Source: an uncultured Clostridia bacterium
Lineage (GTDB): Bacteria; Bacillota; Clostridia; TANB77; CAG-508
Direction: 5' to 3'
NCBI GenBank assembly: GCA_934120315.1
Contig: CAKOTX010000002.1
Span: forward strand, 19,185 to 83,184
DNA: 64,000 nucleotides
Positions 38,285 to 48,676 of this stretch are shown here, piece after piece. The notes under the pieces were generated by a model. That model had not been told where the DNA came from, did no database searches, and saw only the letters and a program-made list of their open reading frames with translations. Position 1 is the stretch's first letter, and the number at the start of each line of letters is the position of its first letter. The translations under genes and the position numbers were made by a program.

Positions 38285-38938
38285 ATGAAATCAACTTTAA
38301 GAGAAATAATAGAATGGCTAGTATGCATTATAGTTGCTGTAGCACTAGCTCTAGTAGTAAGATATTATATAGGAACTCCAACAATTGTACAACAAAGATC
38401 AATGTTTCCTACATTAAAAGAAAATGAAAGACTATGGTTAAACAGATGGGGAAGAACCACAAAAAAACTTCCAGAAAAAGGAGACATTATTACATTTGAA
38501 GCACCAAGTGTAACAAAAGTAGCAAAAGAAGATATAGATTTAAATAATCCTGTAGCTATTTACAAAAATGAACCACAAACACTTTTAGGAAAATTCTCTT
38601 ATTATGTATTAGAAAGTGGAAAGAAAAGCTATATAAAAAGAGTAATAGCAGTGCCAGGAGATTATGTAGAAATAAAAAATGGCGGAGTATATATTAATGG
38701 TGAAAAATTACAAGAAGATTATTTACAACCAGGAGTAGTTACAGACATGGTTCAAGGAAATAGTGATGAAAGTTATTTTAACAATTTTACAGTACCAGAT
38801 AATTGTGTATTTGCAATGGGAGATAATAGACCAGGAAGTACAGATTGTAGATCATTTGGATGTATACCATTAGAAAAAATTGAAGGAAAAGTATTATTTA
38901 GATTTTGGCCATTTTCAAAATTTGGAGGAGTAAAGTAA
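38285..38938 (+). CDS. lepB: signal peptidase I (S26)
   Basis: SMFPTL catalytic Ser box. GDNRPGSTDCRSFG box. Confidence 0.9.
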   Translation: MKSTLREIIEWLVCIIVAVALALVVRYYIGTPTIVQQRSMFPTLKENERLWLNRWGRTTKKLPEKGDIITFEAPSVTKVAKEDIDLNNPVAIYKNEPQTLLGKFSYYVLESGKKSYIKRVIAVPGDYVEIKNGGVYINGEKLQEDYLQPGVVTDMVQGNSDESYFNNFTVPDNCVFAMGDNRPGSTDCRSFGCIPLEKIEGKVLFRFWPFSKFGGVK

Positions 38939-38941
38939 ACT

Positions 38942-39835
38942 TTGTTTGAGAACATATTAGGTAATGAAAAAAATAAAGAAATATTAAAAAAATCAATAGA
39001 ATTAAATAAAACATCACATAGCTATTTATTTTGGGGAACAGAAGGAATTGGAAAAAAACTAATAGCTAAAGAAGTTGCTAAGAGAATATTATGTTTAGAG
39101 AAAAATATGAAAGATTGCAAATGTAAATCTTGTATAGAATTTGACTCTGATAATAATCCTGACTTCCAGTTGATAGAAGCTACAGATGGAAAAATAAAAA
39201 TTGATCAAATCAGAGAAATGCAAAGAAAAATAGCAGAAAAACCAATAATATCAACACAAAAAGTCTATATAATAGATGATGCAGACACAATGACAACAGA
39301 GGCACAAAATTGTTTATTAAAAACATTAGAGGAGCCACCAGAGTATATTACAATTATTTTAGTTTGTTCAAATGAAGACACAATGCTAAGTACTATAAAA
39401 TCAAGATGTACAAGAATGCATTTTGAGGCAATAGAAAATAGTGAGGTAAAAAAATTCATAAATACAAATTATCCAGATATTGAAATGAGTGATAAAATAA
39501 TTGAATTGGCTCAAGGGAGTATTGGAAAAGCAATAAAATTAAATGGAAATAAGGAAGTATATGAAAATATAGAAAAAATCTTATTGAGTATGCAAACCAA
39601 AGATATAATAGATGTAATACAAATGTCAGAAGGAATATACAAATCTAAAGAAGATATAAAATCAATATTAGAATATATGAATGTAATGCTTTTAGAACTA
39701 AGCAGACAAAATAAAAAATATATAAATTGTATAGAAATTGTAGAAGATACAAAGAAAAGGCTAAAAGCAAACAGTAATTATGATATGTGCATTGATAATT
39801 TATTATTTAATATGAAATCTATCATAGCAAATTAG
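38942..39835 (+). CDS. holB: DNA polymerase III subunit delta'
   Basis: AAA+ clamp-loader fold with a Zn-module Cys cluster (CKCKSC) and an SRC motif. TTG start. Followed by yaaT as in Bacillus. Confidence 0.85.
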   Translation: MFENILGNEKNKEILKKSIELNKTSHSYLFWGTEGIGKKLIAKEVAKRILCLEKNMKDCKCKSCIEFDSDNNPDFQLIEATDGKIKIDQIREMQRKIAEKPIISTQKVYIIDDADTMTTEAQNCLLKTLEEPPEYITIILVCSNEDTMLSTIKSRCTRMHFEAIENSEVKKFINTNYPDIEMSDKIIELAQGSIGKAIKLNGNKEVYENIEKILLSMQTKDIIDVIQMSEGIYKSKEDIKSILEYMNVMLLELSRQNKKYINCIEIVEDTKKRLKANSNYDMCIDNLLFNMKSIIAN

Positions 39836-39848
39836 AAAGGACAATTAA

Positions 39849-40763
39849 ATGAAAAGAATAATAGGGGTTAGATTTAAGAGATTAGGAAAAATATATTTTT
39901 TTGATCCAAAATGGTTAGAAGTAAAAAAAGGCGAAAGCGTAATAGTTGAAACAGCTCAAGGCGAAGAAATAGCAGAAGTAGTGGTACCAAATAGAATGAT
40001 AGAAGAAGAAAAAGTAGTAGCACCTTTGAAAAAAGTGCTTAGACTTGCATCTCCTAGAGATATAAAACATGCAGAAGAATGTAAGAAAAAAGAAAAAGAA
40101 GCATTTGAGTTATGCAACAAGAAAATTAAAGAACATAATTTACAAATGACATTAACAGATGTTGAATATAAATTTGACAATAGTAAGATTTTATTTTACT
40201 TTACAGCAGATGGAAGAGTAGATTTTAGAGATTTAGTAAAAGATTTAGCTGCAATTTATAAAACAAGAATAGAATTAAGACAAATAGGTGTAAGAGATGA
40301 AGTAAAAAGAATTGGTGGAAATGGAGTATGTGGTAGAGAATTATGCTGTTGCTCATTTTTAAGTGATTTTGAAACTGTATCAATAAAAATGGCAAAAGAA
40401 CAAAATATATCATTAAATCCATCAAAAATTTCAGGAAATTGTGGAAGATTAATGTGTTGCTTGAAATATGAACAAGAAGTTTATGAAGAAAAACTAAAAA
40501 AATTACCTAATATTGGAGCAATTGTAAAAACACCAGATGGCAAAGGCGAAGTAGAGGGACTTGAAACTTTAAAAGAAACAGTAAAAGTAAGAATAAAAGA
40601 TGGCGAAATATTTAAAATAAAGAAATATGATGCTAAAGATATTACTGTATTAAAAGATGTTGCAAAAGAACAATCTGATACAGAAGAAAAAGAATATCAA
40701 AAAGAACTTAAAGAATTAGAAAATTTAGAAAAAGAAGATTCGAAAATAAAGAATAATAATTAA
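39849..40763 (+). CDS. yaaT: PSP1-domain stage 0 sporulation protein YaaT/RicT
   Basis: PSP1 C-terminal domain with Cys clusters (CGRELCCCSF, CGRLMCC). Confidence 0.85.
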   Translation: MKRIIGVRFKRLGKIYFFDPKWLEVKKGESVIVETAQGEEIAEVVVPNRMIEEEKVVAPLKKVLRLASPRDIKHAEECKKKEKEAFELCNKKIKEHNLQMTLTDVEYKFDNSKILFYFTADGRVDFRDLVKDLAAIYKTRIELRQIGVRDEVKRIGGNGVCGRELCCCSFLSDFETVSIKMAKEQNISLNPSKISGNCGRLMCCLKYEQEVYEEKLKKLPNIGAIVKTPDGKGEVEGLETLKETVKVRIKDGEIFKIKKYDAKDITVLKDVAKEQSDTEEKEYQKELKELENLEKEDSKIKNNN

Positions 40764-40786
40764 GTTGGCGAAGGGTGGTGAGATAA

Positions 40787-40966
40787 ATGGCATATAGAAT
40801 TCAATGCGATAAATGTATAAGCTGTGGGGCTTGTGCAGCAGCATGTCCAGTAGGATGCATATCACAAGGTGAAACTTGTTTTGTAATAGACGAATCAGCT
40901 TGTATTGAGTGTGGAACATGTGCAGGCGTTTGCCCAGTAGAAGCACCAGAACTTGCTAATGATTAA
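40787..40966 (+). CDS. 2x[4Fe-4S] ferredoxin (59 aa)
   Basis: Two CxxCxxCxxxCP motifs (CISCGACAAACP, CIECGTCAGVCP). RBS GGGTGGTGAG. Not in the ORF track (under 60 aa). Confidence 0.8.
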   Translation: MAYRIQCDKCISCGACAAACPVGCISQGETCFVIDESACIECGTCAGVCPVEAPELAND

Positions 40967-41074
40967 TGTAAATTTTGTATCGGAGATTTTTTTGACAATA
41001 GTGTCAAAGGAATCTCTGTTTTTTATTTATCACAAACCTTTAATATAAATAATAAAATATTAAGGGGGATAAAA

Positions 41075-41392
41075 ATGTTTTGTAGAAGATGCTGTAGAGG
41101 CTTACAAAAGTGGGATATAACATCAAATGAATTAAATACTAAAATACAACAAGGAGCAATTGTTTTAGATGTACGAAGTCCTCAAGAATATAGAGAAGAG
41201 CATATTCCAGGGGCAATAAATATACCTGAATATGAAATAAGAAAAAGAGTTTTTAATGAAATACCTAAGTTAAATCAATTAATAGTAACATATTGTGAAT
41301 ATGGTGGAAGAAGTAGAAATGTATGTTATGAATTAAGACGAATGGGATATTCAAATGTATTTAATTTATATGGTGGCTTAAATGAAATGTAA
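41075..41392 (+). CDS. single-domain rhodanese-like sulfurtransferase
   Basis: Active-site loop CEYGGRS (CxxGxR). AAGGGGGA RBS. Confidence 0.8.
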   Translation: MFCRRCCRGLQKWDITSNELNTKIQQGAIVLDVRSPQEYREEHIPGAINIPEYEIRKRVFNEIPKLNQLIVTYCEYGGRSRNVCYELRRMGYSNVFNLYGGLNEM

Positions 41393-41447
41393 AAAAATGT
41401 TATAAAAATACAATAATTGAATATAAATAAAAAGGGAGGGATACTAT

Positions 41448-41798
41448 ATGAACATATTAAAAGGAGTGATTATTTCACTTATATTTACAATTGTTTTTTT
41501 ATTTATATTCTCTATTGTATTAACATATACAGATATAAGTGAAAAATTTATAACACCAGTTATTATTGTTATAACAGCAATTAGTATATTATTAGGAAGT
41601 TCAATTGGAAACTTTAAAGCAAATAGAAATGGCTTATTAAATGGAGCTATAATAGGTGGAATATATATTTTGGGGATATATTTACTATCAGGAATTATTA
41701 ATAATTCATTTGCATTATCAGTGCCATCTATAATAGTAATAGTTACAGGAATGATATGTGGAATGTTTGGAGGCGTTATAGGAGTAAATAAGGCGTAA
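41448..41798 (+). CDS. small polytopic membrane protein (TIGR04086-like)
   Basis: Four predicted TM helices with Gly-rich motifs (GAIIGGIYIL, GMFGGVIG). Confidence 0.55.
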   Translation: MNILKGVIISLIFTIVFLFIFSIVLTYTDISEKFITPVIIVITAISILLGSSIGNFKANRNGLLNGAIIGGIYILGIYLLSGIINNSFALSVPSIIVIVTGMICGMFGGVIGVNKA

Positions 41799-41868
41799 AA
41801 AAATATAAAAAAGTGTTGATATTTTTGGAAAAATAGGGTAAAATCTATACAGGCAAAAGGAGGCAGGT

Positions 41869-42528
41869 ATGATAACATTAGAAGATGTAAAGAAAAATGA
41901 AGAAGTAGAATCATTTATTAAAGCTTCTCAAAAACAGTTAAATGCACTAGGCTATACAGAACATTCATATAGACATATAGGAATTGTCTCAAAAAGAACA
42001 GAAGAAATTCTAAGAAAATTGGGATATGATGAAAGAACAATAGAACTAGGAAAAATTGCAGGATATTTGCATGACATAGGAAATTGTGTTAATAGAGTTG
42101 ACCATGCCCATACAGGAGCAATATTGGCATATAACATATTAAAAGAGATGGGAATGCCAGCAAATGAGAGAACAGAAATTATGATGGCAATAGGCAATCA
42201 TGATGAAAATACTGGTACAGCAGTAAGTGATATATCAGCTGCATTAATATTGGCAGATAAGTCAGATGTTCATAGAGATAGAGTAGTAAATACTAACATG
42301 TCAACATTTGATATACATGATAGAGTTAACTATGCAGTAACTGATGCTCAGTTAGAAGTTGATGAAAAAACTAGAACAGTAACTTTAAACTTAACAATAG
42401 ATACTCAAATTTGTCCTGTATTAGATTATTTTCAAATCTTTATGGATAGAACAATGATGAGTAAATATGCAGCAAAATTTTTGCATATATGGTTCGAATT
42501 AGTAATAAATGGAACTAAATTATTATAA
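41869..42528 (+). CDS. HD-domain phosphohydrolase
   Basis: H...HD motif (YLHDIGN) plus downstream His/Asp residues. Confidence 0.75.
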   Translation: MITLEDVKKNEEVESFIKASQKQLNALGYTEHSYRHIGIVSKRTEEILRKLGYDERTIELGKIAGYLHDIGNCVNRVDHAHTGAILAYNILKEMGMPANERTEIMMAIGNHDENTGTAVSDISAALILADKSDVHRDRVVNTNMSTFDIHDRVNYAVTDAQLEVDEKTRTVTLNLTIDTQICPVLDYFQIFMDRTMMSKYAAKFLHIWFELVINGTKLL

Positions 42529-42552
42529 ACGAGGAAGGAAAGGTAACAAAAA

Positions 42553-43911
42553 ATGAAAAAGACAAAAATAATAACTATAATATTAGCAATTGTATTAATT
42601 TCATTAGTGGCATTTGGAGGAGTATATCTAAAAACACAAAATAGAATGGAAGATAAAGTTAAGGAATATGCTTTGGGTAGAGAATTAAAAGGAGAAAGAG
42701 TAATAGAATTAAAAGTTTCTGATGGAACTACAGATGGAAAATCAAAACCAGCAGATGAAGACTTAACAGTAGAAAATTATGAAATAGTTAAAAAAACAAT
42801 TGAAAAGAGATTAGAAAATCTTGGAGCACAAGATTATACAATTTCTTTAAATAAGGAAAACGGAACAATAAGAGTAGAACTTGCGGAAAATGATAATACA
42901 GACACATATGCATATTATTTAACAACATCAGGAAAAGTTGAAATGAAAGAAAAAGATACTGAAAATGTATTATTAAGTGATTCTATGATAAAAAAAGCAC
43001 AATATACTTATACATCTGATTCAGAAAATTCATATCAATCATATTTAATATTAACATTAACACAAGAAGGACAAGCTAAATTAGATGAAATACGAAATGA
43101 TTATGCAGTTTTAGCAACAGAAGTTAGTGAAGAAGAAGCTAAAACTAAAGATACAAATACAACAGAAAATACAACAACAGATACTTCAACAGAGGAAAAT
43201 ACTGAAACAACTGAAAGTATTTCAGAAGATGCAAAGAAAATTGCTTCTTTAACAGTAGCAGGAACATCATATGATATAGAAAAATATGAAAAAGGTAAAT
43301 TGACAGTAAAAATTGGTTCAAAAACAAGTAATACAACAACAGCAAACAATTATGTTGCAAAAGCAGCAGAGTTAGCAATGTTAGTAAATTCAGGAAAATT
43401 CCCAATAGATTATGAAGTAGACACAAATAGATATGTAATATCAGATATATCAGAACAACAATTACTTTACTTTGTAGCAGGAGTTGCAATAGTATTATTA
43501 GTAATATTTGTTATAAGCATAGTAAAATATAAAGGAAGAGGATTACTTGCAGACATATCATTCATAGGATTTGTAGCTATATTATCTTTATTATTGAGAT
43601 ATACAAATGTTAGCATATCAATAGAAGGAATCGGAGCAATATTGTTAACATTAATAATCAATTTAAGATTAAATCAGATGATACTAGACAAAACCAAAAC
43701 AATGAATGTAGTATCAGAAGCAGTAAAAACATCATATAAAGAATTATTTTTAAGAATAATTCCAATAATGATAATTACAGTTGTATTCTGTTTCTCAGGA
43801 TGGGTAAACTTAAGTAGTTTCGGAATGATAATGTTCTGGGGATTAGCATTAATCGCAGCATATAATGTAATTGTAACAAAAACATTGTTGAAATTGAAAG
43901 AAAGCAAATAG
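42553..43911 (+). CDS. SecD-like membrane protein (divergent/degenerate paralogue) with a Thr/Glu/Asp-rich low-complexity linker
   Basis: N-terminal TM segment, large extracytoplasmic domain and a C-terminal multi-TM block. The block resembles SecD/F TM4-6 but lacks the conserved Asp (ISIEGIGAILLTLIINLRLNQ). Confidence 0.5.
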   Translation: MKKTKIITIILAIVLISLVAFGGVYLKTQNRMEDKVKEYALGRELKGERVIELKVSDGTTDGKSKPADEDLTVENYEIVKKTIEKRLENLGAQDYTISLNKENGTIRVELAENDNTDTYAYYLTTSGKVEMKEKDTENVLLSDSMIKKAQYTYTSDSENSYQSYLILTLTQEGQAKLDEIRNDYAVLATEVSEEEAKTKDTNTTENTTTDTSTEENTETTESISEDAKKIASLTVAGTSYDIEKYEKGKLTVKIGSKTSNTTTANNYVAKAAELAMLVNSGKFPIDYEVDTNRYVISDISEQQLLYFVAGVAIVLLVIFVISIVKYKGRGLLADISFIGFVAILSLLLRYTNVSISIEGIGAILLTLIINLRLNQMILDKTKTMNVVSEAVKTSYKELFLRIIPIMIITVVFCFSGWVNLSSFGMIMFWGLALIAAYNVIVTKTLLKLKESK

Positions 43912-43921
43912 GAGGCAGCAA

Positions 43922-44545
43922 ATGAAACAAAGAAATATAAAAATTATAGTTATTGCTATAGAAGCACTAGTTATTCTTGCTGGAATAGTAATTATCAATA
44001 TTATGGGATTTAATAAAGAACTAAGATTTTCACAAAGTGAAAGAATAGATGTATATATTGAAAATGAAGCAGATAAAGCTAAAGTAAAAAGTATTGTAAA
44101 TGAGGTACTAGGAAACCAAAACAATATGGTACAAACAGTAGAAATTTATCAAGATATGGTAACAATTAGAGCAAAAGAAATAACAGATGATCAAAAAAAT
44201 GATATTGTAAATAAATTAAAAGAAAATTATGAATTTAAACAAACAGCAGAAGAAACGACAATAAAAACAGTACCAGCTACAAGAATTGTGGATATGTACA
44301 AAAAATATATTGTTCCATTTGTAGTTTCAGGAGCACTAGTTTTAATATATATGGCAATAAGATATTATAAAAAAGATATATGGAAAGTTCTAGCTAGAAC
44401 AATATGTATGCCGGTATTAGCAGAATTATTCTTACTAGCAGTTATTGCAATAGTAAGAATACCACTTGGAAGATTCACACCAGTTCTTGTAATAGCAATG
44501 TATATTGCAAGCATAACAGGTGTAGTAATAGAAAATGAAAAATAA
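43922..44545 (+). CDS. SecF-like small membrane protein (truncated/divergent)
   Basis: N-terminal TM segment, ferredoxin-like periplasmic segment and two or three C-terminal TM helices. Adjacent to the SecD-like gene. Confidence 0.45.
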   Translation: MKQRNIKIIVIAIEALVILAGIVIINIMGFNKELRFSQSERIDVYIENEADKAKVKSIVNEVLGNQNNMVQTVEIYQDMVTIRAKEITDDQKNDIVNKLKENYEFKQTAEETTIKTVPATRIVDMYKKYIVPFVVSGALVLIYMAIRYYKKDIWKVLARTICMPVLAELFLLAVIAIVRIPLGRFTPVLVIAMYIASITGVVIENEK

Positions 44546-44605
44546 ACAAAAGAGGCTATTTTAGGGAGACTTAAGATAGCTTTTCTTAGTAAAAGGAGAA
44601 AAAAT

Positions 44606-45097
44606 ATGGAAAAAAGAAAAGATTATATTAGTTGGGATGAATATTTTATGGCAATAGCAAAACTTTCTGCAATGAGAAGTAAAGATCCAAGTACACAGGT
44701 TGGAGCATGTATTGTAAGTAATGATAATAGAATTTTATCAATAGGATATAATGGGGCTCCAAATGGATATGATGATGAGAAATTTCCTTGGGGAAGAGAA
44801 GGAGATAATTTAGATACTAAATATCCATATGTATGTCATTCAGAAATGAATGCAATATTAAATTATAGAGGAAGTAAAAAAGATTTAGAACATGCCAAAA
44901 TATATGTGGATTTATTTCCATGTAATGAGTGTGCAAAAATTATTATCCAATCTGGAATAAAAGAGGTTATTTATTTGGATGATAAATATAGAGATAGTGA
45001 GAATAATATTGCTTCTCGTAGACTTTTTGATGAGTGTGGCGTTACATATAAAAAGTTGGATTTAGGAGAGAAAAAAGAGATAAAGATTGAATTGTAA
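44606..45097 (+). CDS. dCMP/CMP-type deaminase (ComEB-like)
   Basis: Zinc-binding HSEMNAI...PCNECAK motifs. Confidence 0.9.
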   Translation: MEKRKDYISWDEYFMAIAKLSAMRSKDPSTQVGACIVSNDNRILSIGYNGAPNGYDDEKFPWGREGDNLDTKYPYVCHSEMNAILNYRGSKKDLEHAKIYVDLFPCNECAKIIIQSGIKEVIYLDDKYRDSENNIASRRLFDECGVTYKKLDLGEKKEIKIEL

Positions 45098-45102
45098 AGA
45101 AA

Positions 45103-45142
45103 AAGGTAAAGTGTAGCAGTCCAAGCACACTTTGCCTTTTTT
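45103..45142 (+). terminator. rho-independent terminator after deaminase gene
   Basis: GGTAAAGTGT...ACACTTTGCC stem followed by T6. Confidence 0.7.
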
Positions 45143-45162
45143 AACTTTTTATGGCAAAAGTA

Positions 45163-45191
45163 TTGACTTTATGTAAAAAACATTATATAAT
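45163..45191 (+). promoter_or_regulatory. consensus sigma-A promoter (TTGACT-17-TATAAT) of the S10 operon
   Basis: -35 at 45163-45168 and -10 at 45186-45191. Confidence 0.6.
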
Positions 45192-45197
45192 AGATGA

Positions 45198-45453
45198 GCA
45201 TGAAATATAGCGTTGAAGCTGAATGTGGCTACATCCTTACGGAATAGTGGGATGGAGGGAACTTCAGTGGAGTATGTCTTGGCTAGACCAGGCGGTAAGT
45301 TTAATTTTAATAATTATATTAGAGCACTTATCCCAGAATCATCATGCGAATTTTTGGGATTTTAAAATGGGTAAAAACAAAACACCCGGATGTGTTATAA
45401 CTTGCCAACGCGTAATTTAAATTATATTATTATTTTAAGGAGGGAAAATTACA
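45198..45453 (+). promoter_or_regulatory. about 255-nt structured, GC-enriched 5' leader of rpsJ (candidate r-protein autoregulatory leader / ncRNA)
   Basis: Lies between the consensus promoter and the rpsJ RBS. Several hairpins (ATCCCAGAAT...ATTTTGGGAT). The 65-aa track ORF here has no RBS. Confidence 0.4.
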
Positions 45454-45777
45454 ATGGCAAATTCAATTGTAGCAAGTGAAAAAATTAGAATAAGACTAAA
45501 AGCTTATGACCATGTAGTTTTAGATCAGTCTGCTGAAAAGATAGTAGATACTGCTAAGAAAACAGGAGCAAAAGTATCAGGTCCTATTCCACTACCAACA
45601 CAAAAAGAAATCGTAACAATCTTACGTTCTCCACACAAACACAAAGATTCAAGAGAACAATTCGAAATGAGAACACATAAAAGAGTTATAGACATTCTTT
45701 ACCCAACATCAAAAACAATGGATAGTTTAATGAAACTAGAACTACCAGCTGGTGTTGACATCGAAATCAAAAACTAG
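45454..45777 (+). CDS. rpsJ: 30S ribosomal protein S10
   Basis: [11 protein letters not shown] signature. Confidence 0.95.
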   Translation: MANSIVASEKIRIRLKAYDHVVLDQSAEKIVDTAKKTGAKVSGPIPLPTQKEIVTILRSPHKHKDSREQFEMRTHKRVIDILYPTSKTMDSLMKLELPAGVDIEIKN

Positions 45778-45839
45778 TTTTAAATAATAAAAATCAAACC
45801 AAGCTGGCAAAAGTCAGCCAATAGTAGGAGGAAATTATA

Positions 45840-46472
45840 ATGAAAAAAGCATTAATAGGAAAAAAAGTTGGAATGACACAAATATTTGACGAAAACGGAT
45901 CAGTTATTCCAGTAACAGTTATAGAAGCAGGTCCATGTGTAGTTGCTCAAGTTAAAACATCTGAAAAAGATGGATATGAAGCAGTACAATTAGGATTTGG
46001 AGAAGTTAAAGAAAACAAATTAAACAAACCAGAAAAAGGACATTTTGCAAAAGCAAATGTTACAGCAAAAAAACATTTAAGAGAATTCAGATTAGATTCA
46101 ATAGAAGAAATCAAAGTTGGAGACGAATTAAAAGCAGATGTATTTGCTGCTGGAGATAAAATAGATGTTCAAGGTACATCAAAAGGAAAAGGATTCCAAG
46201 GTGTAATCAAAAGACATGGACAATCAAGAGGACCAATGGGACATGGTTCAATGTATCACAGAAGACCAGGTTCAATGGGACCAACATCAACACCAGGTAG
46301 AGTATTTAAAGGTAAAAAATTACCAGGACATATGGGAAGAGTTACAGTTACAATACAAAACTTAGATGTTGTAAAAGTAGATTTAGATAAAAACGTAATC
46401 TTAGTAAAAGGTAGTGTTCCAGGAGCTAAAGGAGCTATCTTAAAAATAAAATCAGCTGTAAAAGCTATGTAA
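45840..46472 (+). CDS. rplC: 50S ribosomal protein L3
   Basis: Conserved L3 sequence (GMTQIF...GKGFQGV). Confidence 0.95.
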   Translation: MKKALIGKKVGMTQIFDENGSVIPVTVIEAGPCVVAQVKTSEKDGYEAVQLGFGEVKENKLNKPEKGHFAKANVTAKKHLREFRLDSIEEIKVGDELKADVFAAGDKIDVQGTSKGKGFQGVIKRHGQSRGPMGHGSMYHRRPGSMGPTSTPGRVFKGKKLPGHMGRVTVTIQNLDVVKVDLDKNVILVKGSVPGAKGAILKIKSAVKAM

Positions 46473-46502
46473 TGAAAGTTTTAGAAAAGGAGGAAATACG
46501 AA

Positions 46503-47126
46503 ATGCCAAAAGTAGATGTATATAACATGCAAGGTAAAAAAGTTAGCGATGTAGAATTAAACGAAGCTGTATTTGGAATTGAACCAAATGAAACTATCGT
46601 TCACAGTGTATTAGTAAACTACTTAGCTAATCAAAGACAAGGTACACAAAGTACTAAAACAAGAGCAGAAGTTCGTGGTGGTGGTAAAAAACCATGGAGA
46701 CAAAAAGGAACAGGTAGAGCAAGACAAGGTAGTATACGTGCTCCACAATGGATTAAAGGTGGTATAGCTTTAGGTCCAAAACCACGTTCATATTCATATA
46801 GAATAAATAAGAAAGAAAAACAATTAGCAATTAGATCATTATTAAGTGCAAAAGTATTAGATAATGAATTAACAGTTGTTGATAAATTAGAAGTTAAAGA
46901 ACCAAAAACAAAAGTTATGGCACAAGCTTTAACAGATTTAAAAGTAGAAGGAAAAACATTAATTATCTTAGCTGATAAAAATGAAAATGTTTACCTATCA
47001 AGCAGAAATATAGAAGGTGTTAAAACTATCCAATTAAATATGATCAATGTATTTGATTTATTAAATTGCAGTAAATTAGTTTTACCTCTAGATACTGTTA
47101 AAAAATTAGAGGAGGTGTATGCTTAA
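46503..47126 (+). CDS. rplD: 50S ribosomal protein L4
   Basis: L4 family sequence (KPWRQKGTGRARQGS). Confidence 0.95.
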   Translation: MPKVDVYNMQGKKVSDVELNEAVFGIEPNETIVHSVLVNYLANQRQGTQSTKTRAEVRGGGKKPWRQKGTGRARQGSIRAPQWIKGGIALGPKPRSYSYRINKKEKQLAIRSLLSAKVLDNELTVVDKLEVKEPKTKVMAQALTDLKVEGKTLIILADKNENVYLSSRNIEGVKTIQLNMINVFDLLNCSKLVLPLDTVKKLEEVYA

Positions 47127-47473
47127 TGTTACCAGAAGAAATCATAATAAGACCAGTAATAACAGAAAAAAGTAATGATGAAATGCAAGCAGGAAAATAC
47201 ACTTTCGAAGTTAACAAAAAAGCAACAAAAGTTGATATAGCAAGAGCTGTAGAAAAACTTTTTGAAGTAAAAGTATTAAATGTTAATACAATGATTGTTA
47301 AAGGAAAAACAAAAAGAGTTAGATATGTAGAAGGAAAAACACCAGATTGGAAAAAAGCTATTGTAACAATAGATATAAACCCAGCTGACAAAACATATCT
47401 TGGAAAAGGTGGAAAAGCAGTTAAAGTTTCTAAAAAATACAAAGATTCAATTGATGAATTTATGGGAGCTTAG
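47126..47473 (+). CDS. rplW: 50S ribosomal protein L23 (with about 20-aa C-terminal extension)
   Basis: RPVITEKS...KYTFEV core. TAATG overlap with rplD. Confidence 0.9.
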   Translation: MLPEEIIIRPVITEKSNDEMQAGKYTFEVNKKATKVDIARAVEKLFEVKVLNVNTMIVKGKTKRVRYVEGKTPDWKKAIVTIDINPADKTYLGKGGKAVKVSKKYKDSIDEFMGA

Positions 47474-47532
47474 TGCTTAAACAATATCGAGAAATAACTC
47501 GGAAAATAAATAATTAAAGGAGAGAATTAAAA

Positions 47533-48360
47533 ATGGGAATGAAACATTTCAAAGCATATACACCATCAAGAAGAAATATGACTGTTTCTGATTATTCAGA
47601 AGTAACAAAGTCTACTCCTGAGAAATCTTTATTAGAAAAGAAAAAGAAAAATGCAGGAAGAAACTCATATGGTAGAATAACAGTTAGACATCAAGGTGGA
47701 GGAAACAGACAAAAATATAGAAAAATAGATTTTAAGAGATTAAAAGATAATATGGAAGCAACAGTTGTTGGAATCGAATATGATCCAAACAGAAGTGCTA
47801 ACATAGCATTAGTAAAATATGAAGATGGAACATTAAGTTACATCATAGCACCACAAGGATTAACAGATGGAGATAAAGTAATATCTGGAGAAAACGTTGA
47901 TATCAAAGCAGGAAACTGCCTACCAATCGCAAATATCCCAGTTGGTACATTAATTCACAACATCGAATTAAACCCAGGTCAAGGTGCAAAATTAGTAAGA
48001 GTTGCTGGACAAAGCGCACAATTAATGGCTAAAGAAGGAAAATATGCTCATGTAAGATTACCTTCTGGAGAAATGAGATTAATATTAGCTAAATGTAGAG
48101 CAACAATCGGAGTTGTAGGAAATGCAGATCATGAAAACGTTAAATTAGGTAAAGCTGGTAAAACAAGACACTTAGGTGTAAGACCAACAGTTAGAGGATC
48201 TGTAATGAACCCAGTAGATCACCCTCATGGTGGTGGTGAAGGTAAAGCTCCAGTTGGACATTCAGGACCAATGACACCTTGGGGTAAACCAGCATTAGGA
48301 TACAAGACAAGAGATTCTAAAAAGAAAACAAATAAATTTATCGTAAAGAGAAGAAAGTAG
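47533..48360 (+). CDS. rplB: 50S ribosomal protein L2
   Basis: L2 signature ([25 protein letters not shown]). Confidence 0.95.
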   Translation: MGMKHFKAYTPSRRNMTVSDYSEVTKSTPEKSLLEKKKKNAGRNSYGRITVRHQGGGNRQKYRKIDFKRLKDNMEATVVGIEYDPNRSANIALVKYEDGTLSYIIAPQGLTDGDKVISGENVDIKAGNCLPIANIPVGTLIHNIELNPGQGAKLVRVAGQSAQLMAKEGKYAHVRLPSGEMRLILAKCRATIGVVGNADHENVKLGKAGKTRHLGVRPTVRGSVMNPVDHPHGGGEGKAPVGHSGPMTPWGKPALGYKTRDSKKKTNKFIVKRRK

Positions 48361-48377
48361 AATAGGAGGAAAATCAT

Positions 48378-48656
48378 ATGTCAAGATCAAGTAAGAAAAA
48401 ACCTTTCGTAGCACCAGAATTACTTAAAAGAGTAGAAGCTATGAATGAAAGTGGAAACAAAGAAGTAATCAAGACATGGTCAAGAGCTTCTACAATTTAT
48501 CCACAAATGATTGGACACACAATTGCTGTTCATGACGGTAGAAAACATGTACCAGTATATATTACAGAAGAAATGATAGGTCATAAATTAGGTGAATTTG
48601 CTCCTACAAGAACATTCAAAGGTCATGCAGGAGAAAAAACAACTACAAATAAATAA
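48378..48656 (+). CDS. rpsS: 30S ribosomal protein S19
   Basis: S19 signature ([14 protein letters not shown]). Confidence 0.95.
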   Translation: MSRSSKKKPFVAPELLKRVEAMNESGNKEVIKTWSRASTIYPQMIGHTIAVHDGRKHVPVYITEEMIGHKLGEFAPTRTFKGHAGEKTTTNK

Positions 48657-48676
48657 TTAATAAGGAGGGAATTGTA

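Noticed and set aside
45223-45420. 65-aa ORF in the track between the deaminase gene and rpsJ
   Set aside because: No RBS. Trp/His-rich odd composition. It lies within the transcribed leader of the S10 operon, downstream of a consensus promoter. More likely non-coding leader RNA.
45192-45453. Possible tRNA, tmRNA or 6S RNA in the S10 leader
   Set aside because: No tRNA-like acceptor or T-arm (GTTCRANYC) sequences. Length and location fit a cis leader better. The region is kept as a candidate regulatory RNA only.
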